From assembly GCA_048938295.1 (NCBI GenBank), contig JBHLMI010000020.1:15786-47785 (forward strand): a stretch of 32,000 nucleotides of DNA, given 5' to 3'. Position 1 is the first letter of the stretch, and each line of letters begins with the position of its first letter. Below the pieces are notes generated by a model. The model was not told the origin of the DNA and made no database searches. It was given only the letters and a program-made list of their open reading frames with translations. The position numbers and the translations under genes are program-made. Shown here one piece after another: positions 26,222-32,000 of the stretch. Origin of the DNA: Promethearchaeota archaeon. GTDB taxonomy: Archaea; Asgardarchaeota; Hermodarchaeia; Hermodarchaeales; Hermodarchaeaceae.

Positions 26222-26722
26222 ATGGGAACTAAAGGTCGTGAAATTGTCAAATATGACCTCAAAGAACTAATCGAATTACTGAACAAAGCGTTAGCGGATG
26301 AATGGTTAGCGTATATCCAGTATTGGAATGGGGCAAAAGTTGTGGTTGGCCCAATGCGTGCTGTAGTCGCTGGTGAACTTGAGGAACACGCCGGTGAAGA
26401 ACTGGAACACGCTGAAATGCTCGTAGATCGAATCATTCAGCTGGGGGGCACTCCGATTCTGACTCCATCCGAATGGATGTCAAAGACAAATTGTGGCTAT
26501 GAAGCGCCAACTGATCCATTCGTTGTTCCGATTCTGAAACAGAACATCAAGGGCGAACAGTGTGCCATCAAAACCTATTCTGCAATCATTGAGAAAATCA
26601 AAGGCAAGGATCCAATAACTACACACATCATCTACAAAATCTTGGCAGACGAAGTGGGTCACGAAGAGGACCTCGAAGTCATCATGGATGATATCGAAGC
26701 CGCGAAGAAATACTACAAATAA
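26222..26722 (+). CDS. Dps-like ferritin-superfamily protein (DpsL/thioferritin type)
   Basis: LNKALADEWLAY.QYW, EHAGEELEHA..L.DRIIQLGG, a Cys pair (TNCGY, GEQCAI) and ILADEVGHEEDL. GGAGGT SD and a TATA-like element near 26156. Confidence 0.88.
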   Translation: MGTKGREIVKYDLKELIELLNKALADEWLAYIQYWNGAKVVVGPMRAVVAGELEEHAGEELEHAEMLVDRIIQLGGTPILTPSEWMSKTNCGYEAPTDPFVVPILKQNIKGEQCAIKTYSAIIEKIKGKDPITTHIIYKILADEVGHEEDLEVIMDDIEAAKKYYK

Positions 26723-26789
26723 AACGAATCGATGAACCAAATATTACGAGCCGAGGAAGTTACCAGCCGGTTCGCAGTTTCTTTTCTTT

Positions 26790-27716
26790 TTAAAAACCTA
26801 AGACTACCAGCCACACTCCACTTATAGTCAGAAAAGTTCCCAGAAGGATGAGCGGAGTGACCTTCTCCTTGAGGAAGAGAATGGTAAAGGGGAGTGCGAA
26901 GAGGGGAGCCGTTGCAGCGATGACAGAAGTTACCGCGGCGCCTGTGAAGAAGACAGCATTGACATAAAGGATGGACCCAACCCCCATACCAAAGAAGCCG
27001 GCTATAGCCACAATTTTTGTTGCACGCTTAGTGGGCATGGACATACCCTGCCGTCTTGCAATCAGAAAGAGGGGCAGAAGAAAGACGGAGCCAATAAGTA
27101 TGCGAATGAGATTCGAATCAATCGGATCAGCCCCCACTAAACCGACCTGCAGTATCACGGTGGCGCTGGCCCAACTGAGAGCCGCCAAAATAGCGAGAGC
27201 CACGCCGATTACGTCGAATCTTCTTCGCGCATGTTCATTGGTGTTTTCAGGTATATCCTTAGACTGTCGAGCTTGTTCGCGAGTGATGCTGATGATTCCG
27301 ATGATAGCAAGAATAACCCCTGCGAATCGGGTGAGTAGGAGGGGTTCACCGAGTAAAACAAAAGAGAAGAAGTAGGTGATAATTGGAAAAGCCATCGCAA
27401 TGGGAAATGCTCGAGATACTCCAATACGAGATTGACTAGTCAAATACAGAAGATCGCCAATCCCAGGGCCAAGGATGATTGAGGATGCGAGAAATGGAAC
27501 AGCACCAAGAGGGACATTAAATCCTGTAGGATAGAGCAGCAACAGGGCAACAACCACGATAACAGGAAGGGCAATCCACATCTTGTATGCGTTGATGGCG
27601 ATAGGCTGAATTTCTTCACTTTGCGATTTGTAGACCACATTGGACATGCCAAACAGGGCAGCACCAAGGAGGCCCATGAAGACACCGCTAAGAAACAGCT
27701 CAGAAGGAACAACCAT
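26790..27716 (-). CDS. DMT/EamA family transporter
   Basis: Ten TM helices in two EamA repeats. IGVSRAFPI and GAAVTSVIAATAPLF. Confidence 0.9.
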   Translation of the reverse strand: MVVPSELFLSGVFMGLLGAALFGMSNVVYKSQSEEIQPIAINAYKMWIALPVIVVVALLLLYPTGFNVPLGAVPFLASSIILGPGIGDLLYLTSQSRIGVSRAFPIAMAFPIITYFFSFVLLGEPLLLTRFAGVILAIIGIISITREQARQSKDIPENTNEHARRRFDVIGVALAILAALSWASATVILQVGLVGADPIDSNLIRILIGSVFLLPLFLIARRQGMSMPTKRATKIVAIAGFFGMGVGSILYVNAVFFTGAAVTSVIAATAPLFALPFTILFLKEKVTPLILLGTFLTISGVWLVVLGF

Positions 27717-27858
27717 GATGAATCGCCCATTTCGCAGCTCCTATTCCCAAGGAGAGACTCCGATATGTGAGTTGAGTCTAAAAACCTTGCAGAGAGGGAA
27801 GTTTTTTGAAGAGGATATGAACAAATGGGGTACACCTTGGACGTGGAGGTTACTTCCA

Positions 27859-28416
27859 ATGTATCCTATTGATATTCTGCTTGATGAACACAAATTAGTT
27901 GAAAGAGTTTTTACCATCATAGAGAAAGCCCGAGATAAACTACAGGATAAAGAAGAAATTCCAGCCCCGATTTTTTGGAAAATCGTAGAGTTCATTCGTG
28001 GATACGCAGATGTAGTCCACCACAGCAAAGAGGAAGATATCCTCTTTGATACTTTGCGTGATCATGATACAGACTTACCGGAGGAAGTTGACCGAAATAT
28101 CGCTGTACTCATTGAGGAGCACATTGAGGCTTTAGACATTGCTAACGAAATGCACAAAAGCATCCGCGAATACCATCGAGGAGTCCCTGAGGGGCGCGAG
28201 AAGATCCTCAAGACAGTCACGGATTATTTGAAACTCATGCAACCCCACTTCAAAATGGAAGAAGAAGAGGTCTTTCCAGCCTTGGTGAATGTACTTAGCG
28301 ATAAAGAGAAGAATATGATGAAAGCGGATTTTGACCGCTTTGATGAAATCCTGGGTGGCAAAGGCGTACACAAGCGCTATACGAAAATCGTTGAAGAACT
28401 CGAGAAAGAATTCTAG
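27859..28416 (+). CDS. Hemerythrin (HHE) domain protein
   Basis: L.DEH, HHSKEEDILF, LIEEH and HFKMEEEEVFP. GGAGGT SD before ATG 27859. Confidence 0.9.
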   Translation: MYPIDILLDEHKLVERVFTIIEKARDKLQDKEEIPAPIFWKIVEFIRGYADVVHHSKEEDILFDTLRDHDTDLPEEVDRNIAVLIEEHIEALDIANEMHKSIREYHRGVPEGREKILKTVTDYLKLMQPHFKMEEEEVFPALVNVLSDKEKNMMKADFDRFDEILGGKGVHKRYTKIVEELEKEF

Positions 28417-28521
28417 GGCGCCTTGGAAGAGCCCTACAACTCGTCGTAATGTAAGAAACACAAATCTTTTTCGACCTAGCCACGGTTAGTATTGGAATAG
28501 CACTTTATCGAAGTGGTATTC

Positions 28522-29130
28522 ATGTCACCTGATTCTCAAGAAAAACGTGTAATTAATTGGGACCGTATCTTCGGTGGAATTGCCTCGGTAACCTTTGCCT
28601 TACAACTTCTTTCGTTCATAGTTCTCCTAGGAGCAGGCGTAGTTTTTCTCTTAATGCTCACCGGAATTTGGGGTATCTTGGTGGCCAGTGATGATATCTT
28701 CATTTTCGTACTCCTTCTTGGTGGTGGATTCGTCTTTCTGCTATTCGTTTGGCTACTCGGCGTGTTTTTGCGGTTTCACCGGCGAGTCAGAAAATACATT
28801 GTCGGTGAAGGTGTAGGACATATTGATGCTGACGATTCAGCGACGAAAACGGTTCTAACACTCTTTGCAATTTCGACACTGTTCGTGCTAGTGGCAGGGA
28901 TTTATGGATATTATCTGCTATGGAAGTATTTCCTACAACCTTGGGGAACCGCCTGGCTTGCCTCAATGGGTCTAACGGGTATCTTTCTTTACGAGTTTGG
29001 CATTCTTGTTGTATTCATCGCTCTTGGCATCATAATCATTACCTTGGTTATGCAAGTTCTAACCCTTGCCATAAACCGGTACACTGGACGATTAGTGGCT
29101 TCCATTGACGAAATTACAGACGAAGCATAA
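28522..29130 (+). CDS. Hypothetical membrane protein (about 4 TM helices)
   Basis: Four long hydrophobic segments. Confidence 0.7.
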   Translation: MSPDSQEKRVINWDRIFGGIASVTFALQLLSFIVLLGAGVVFLLMLTGIWGILVASDDIFIFVLLLGGGFVFLLFVWLLGVFLRFHRRVRKYIVGEGVGHIDADDSATKTVLTLFAISTLFVLVAGIYGYYLLWKYFLQPWGTAWLASMGLTGIFLYEFGILVVFIALGIIIITLVMQVLTLAINRYTGRLVASIDEITDEA

Positions 29131-29180
29131 TCCGGACTGTCATCGTCACAGTATAATAGCCTCTTTGCGCTAGCTTAGCT

Positions 29181-29948
29181 ATGACAAGCCGATTCGTTAG
29201 CCAATGGGAAGCAAATGCTGAAGCTTTTGCCCATCTAATTGATGGAAGAGGAACCCCGCATCACCAAGAGATTTTGAATCCCTGTATTGAACAACTCATG
29301 GGTGATGTAAGGGGATGCCGAATCCTCGATGCAGGGTGTGGAGAGGGTTACCTTTCACGATTCTATGCCAAGAAGGGGGGAGATGTTGTGGGCGTTGACT
29401 TCTCGCCAAGCCTAATAGAACTGAGTAAGGAAGCTTCTGAAGCGGTACCTATCGACTTCCGTGTCGGAGATCTGTGCGGTTTGACCGAGTTCGATGATGA
29501 GGAATTTGATATTGTGTTATGTAATCTCGTCCTGCTTAACCTCGAGTGTTTAGAAGCAAGCCTGCAAGAATTTCACCGCGTGCTTCGACCCAAGGGTTTT
29601 CTAGTATTTTCGGTTGTTCATCCTGCATTCAATGTGTATGGACCGGGGAGGTGGGAGTTGGGTGACAAGGACAACCGCTCGAAACGGCGAGAGGGGAAAT
29701 TCTTCAGAATGGACAACTACTTCGAAGAAAAGGAGTACCAAGTCCGATGGAAAACGCGAACGGGCCAGGGGTTTCCGCAGGAGTTTAGCTTTTTTCACCG
29801 TACTATTCGTACTTACGTTACATTGCTACTTCAAACTGGTTTTCAACTTACAGCTTTTGAGGAACCACGCCCCACGAGTAATAATCCGTTCTTTGATCGC
29901 GAACAGCGAATACCTTTCTTCCTTGTGATTAAAGCAGAAAAAGCCTAG
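29181..29948 (+). CDS. Class I SAM-dependent methyltransferase
   Basis: ILDAGCGEG, GVDFS, FDIVLCNLVL and HRVLRPKGFLVFSVVHP. Confidence 0.92.
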   Translation: MTSRFVSQWEANAEAFAHLIDGRGTPHHQEILNPCIEQLMGDVRGCRILDAGCGEGYLSRFYAKKGGDVVGVDFSPSLIELSKEASEAVPIDFRVGDLCGLTEFDDEEFDIVLCNLVLLNLECLEASLQEFHRVLRPKGFLVFSVVHPAFNVYGPGRWELGDKDNRSKRREGKFFRMDNYFEEKEYQVRWKTRTGQGFPQEFSFFHRTIRTYVTLLLQTGFQLTAFEEPRPTSNNPFFDREQRIPFFLVIKAEKA

Positions 29949-29957
29949 TTGTTTAAC

Positions 29958-30497
29958 TCATTCTGCTGTTTGGTTCTTTCGCGGTAGGAGCAGGGAGACT
30001 TCTTCGAATGCGTCGGGACGTTTGAGGAGCCGGGAAATGAACCTAGCGAAGAGGCGGGTGTCCTCAGCACAAGCAGCTGAAAACCCCAGTGGTGACAAAC
30101 CAGTCAGCATGAAGCGTTTAGAGGGAGCCAGAATTGAATTCGTTGTCTCAAATGGAGTGGTGGGAACCACATCCGGTTGAAGGGCAATCTCTTCGAGAAT
30201 GAACAATGCTCCGGCAGAGAGACCACGCGGATGACTTTTGGTTAGAAGGGCAAAAAGTGGAGTTTCCGAAGGGAGGTTGGCTTGTTGAGGAGTTCTTACT
30301 TCTTCAATGACGGTTTTTATGACCCACTGTTCTCGGGATTGGATTAGTTCCAATAGTTGGTTGATAAAGGTGTCTCCCACTATGAAGAAGCTGGGGCTAA
30401 ATAGTGGTTCAGCATTTTGAAAATCTAAGGCCACCCGTATGTCTTTACCTTCTGATTCGCCACGGATGATTACGATCCAGGCATCAGTTGTTTCCAC
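29958..30497 (-). CDS. Hypothetical protein
   Basis: 179-aa ORF filling the gap between two genes. No motif recognised. Confidence 0.6.
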   Translation of the reverse strand: METTDAWIVIIRGESEGKDIRVALDFQNAEPLFSPSFFIVGDTFINQLLELIQSREQWVIKTVIEEVRTPQQANLPSETPLFALLTKSHPRGLSAGALFILEEIALQPDVVPTTPFETTNSILAPSKRFMLTGLSPLGFSAACAEDTRLFARFISRLLKRPDAFEEVSLLLPRKNQTAE

Positions 30498-30600
30498 AGA
30501 GACACCAGCGTGCTAGCAGGTAGGTGCGGCAAGAAAAAACTCTTTGGACAGAACAAAGGAAAGACGTACGTATAACTAAAGGTAACGTCAACTATGGAGA

Positions 30601-31398
30601 GTGACAACAATTACAATAGATCAGTCTAAATCCGTCAACTTATATGTCGATAAGCAAGGACAAGGACAGCCACTAGTTTTCATTCACGGTTGGGCCGCTT
30701 CTCATCGATTTTGGAAATACCAGATACCATACTTCGCAGAAAATCATCAAGTCATTGCGTATGATTTACGGGGACATGGAGACTCTGAACAACCAGAGAG
30801 AGGGTATCAGGTCAGTGCACATGTAGATGATCTGAAAATACTTCTTGCCAAATATCAGATAGCGAGCCCAGTACTAATTGGTCACTCACTTGGTGGAATG
30901 ATTGCCTTGCAATTCGCGTTGGATCAGTCGACAATCCCCCGGGCTCTTGTATTAGTGGGTACAAGTTCCCACCCGGTCGACTCGCTGAAGCGGAGTATTC
31001 AATTTAGTTTTCTTCGCTTCATAATCAGACTATCAAGGAATAGAGCTGCAAAATTTACGGAAAAAGAATTGTTTGGTCCTGATGTTGATCCACAATTAGT
31101 TGAGTGGGTGAATGCTGAATCCTTACGAACTCCTACGCATGTCATTCTAGAAATTCTTCAGGACGTCAAAAAATTCAATCTAACCGCTCGTCTTTCTGAC
31201 CTTAACATACCCGTCCTTATCATTAACGGAGAATTTGATTCGGCAACTACACCAAATAGTGCTACTCAGATGCAACAACTTCTACCACAAGCTCAAATCC
31301 AAGTTGTAAATGGAGCGGGGCATAACTGCATGCTTGAGAAACCTTTGGCTTTCAATTCTATTTTGATTTCTTTTTTAGGTGAGTTACGAAACCGGTGA
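30601..31398 (+). CDS. Alpha/beta hydrolase
   Basis: FIHGW, YDLRGHG.S, GHSLGG nucleophile elbow, GEFD and GAGH. GGAGA SD. Confidence 0.93.
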   Translation: MTTITIDQSKSVNLYVDKQGQGQPLVFIHGWAASHRFWKYQIPYFAENHQVIAYDLRGHGDSEQPERGYQVSAHVDDLKILLAKYQIASPVLIGHSLGGMIALQFALDQSTIPRALVLVGTSSHPVDSLKRSIQFSFLRFIIRLSRNRAAKFTEKELFGPDVDPQLVEWVNAESLRTPTHVILEILQDVKKFNLTARLSDLNIPVLIINGEFDSATTPNSATQMQQLLPQAQIQVVNGAGHNCMLEKPLAFNSILISFLGELRNR

Positions 31399-31439
31399 GG
31401 AGATATTTCCCTGTTTCTTAGAATCAATCTATTCCCTGT

Positions 31440-31847
31440 CTAGGCGGTTATAAACGGCCACCCACGAGCAAAAACTGTAACTGTTCCTTCAAGATTACCA
31501 ATACAGGTAATGATGATCGTATAGGACCCCGACGCGTCAAGCCACGGAGTTGTGATAGTAGTCGTCGAGGTAGCAATAGTGACCTCCCCATAAACAAAAG
31601 CATTTGATGCGTCTCGAATCTCATAACTCCATATAGCAGTCACGGAGCTTAGATGAATGGAGACTTGCATTTGGGCATTGGGCCAGGAAATCGTCACGGG
31701 GATATCCTCTTGGGTGATAATTCCCGTGAGGCTTATCGGTGTTGATTGGACGGGAAATGGGTAGGCAAGCCCAAAATACACACCTGTACTAATGACGATG
31801 ATTAGTATGATGGCGATTGCGGCGTTTCGTTTTGTATGCTTTCCCAT
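31440..31847 (-). CDS. Hypothetical protein with an N-terminal TM anchor and a beta-rich domain
   Basis: Basic N-terminus, a hydrophobic helix, then Thr/Ile-rich strands. GAGGTG SD. Confidence 0.7.
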   Translation of the reverse strand: MGKHTKRNAAIAIILIIVISTGVYFGLAYPFPVQSTPISLTGIITQEDIPVTISWPNAQMQVSIHLSSVTAIWSYEIRDASNAFVYGEVTIATSTTTITTPWLDASGSYTIIITCIGNLEGTVTVFARGWPFITA

Positions 31848-32000
31848 GTTTAGAACACACCTCAGATGTGTCTTTTCATGTTCTATGTTGTATTTAGTCT
31901 TAATGATGAGCTGAACATAGACGAAGTTAAAATGAAGAGAGAAGTCAATTGAAATAGTGGCTTATCCCTGTCAAGTCCGTTTATGAGGAGTCTTAGATAT

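Noticed and set aside
20-29928. Many short antisense or alternate-frame ORFs in the track (for example 290-559, 17200-17532, 26971-27375, 29614-29928)
   Set aside because: They are shadows of well-supported genes and have no motifs or SD sites.
31903-31952. ATGATGA followed by CTGA, like a C/D box sRNA
   Set aside because: The boxes are only 1 nt apart and there is no properly spaced terminal D box.
1-32000. Selenoproteins or UGA read-through, plausible in Asgard archaea
   Set aside because: The redox motifs of Prx, FrhB-like, OsmC, HypD and desulforedoxin all use Cys codons, and I saw no gene broken at an in-frame TGA.

Overview
Gene-dense archaeal window, probably from an Asgard lineage. 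This is an inference from mtd, trmI, GGTGA/GGAGG Shine-Dalgarno sites, TATA-type promoters and a PG[FY]-TM-basic C-terminal tail. I found no rRNA, tRNA, CRISPR array or mobile element. From left to right it holds: osmC-like, frhB/fpoF-like and mtd genes; hypD; two unknowns; an SCP2, Fe-ADH and tungsten AOR run; a metallophosphoesterase; a PLP dehydratase; a zinc-finger repeat protein; trmI; a YdjG/YdjI-like module (two zinc-ribbon membrane proteins, a helical protein and an SPFH-zinc-ribbon protein) split by a CDF transporter; two paralogous surface glycoproteins flanking a wHTH-RDD fusion; and an iron/oxidative-stress and NAD-salvage block. That block contains an Fe-S protein, peroxiredoxin, pncB, a cysteine hydrolase, ferritin, a 42-aa desulforedoxin missing from the ORF track, DpsL, EamA and hemerythrin. 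The window ends with a membrane protein, a methyltransferase, an alpha/beta hydrolase and unknowns. The best candidates for undescribed systems are the PspA-less zinc-ribbon/SPFH membrane module, the surface protein/wHTH-RDD/palindrome/surface protein cassette, and the ferritin-desulforedoxin-DpsL unit. All family calls come from motif recognition by eye, with no database searches. Several starts were moved from the ORF track to fit SD position.
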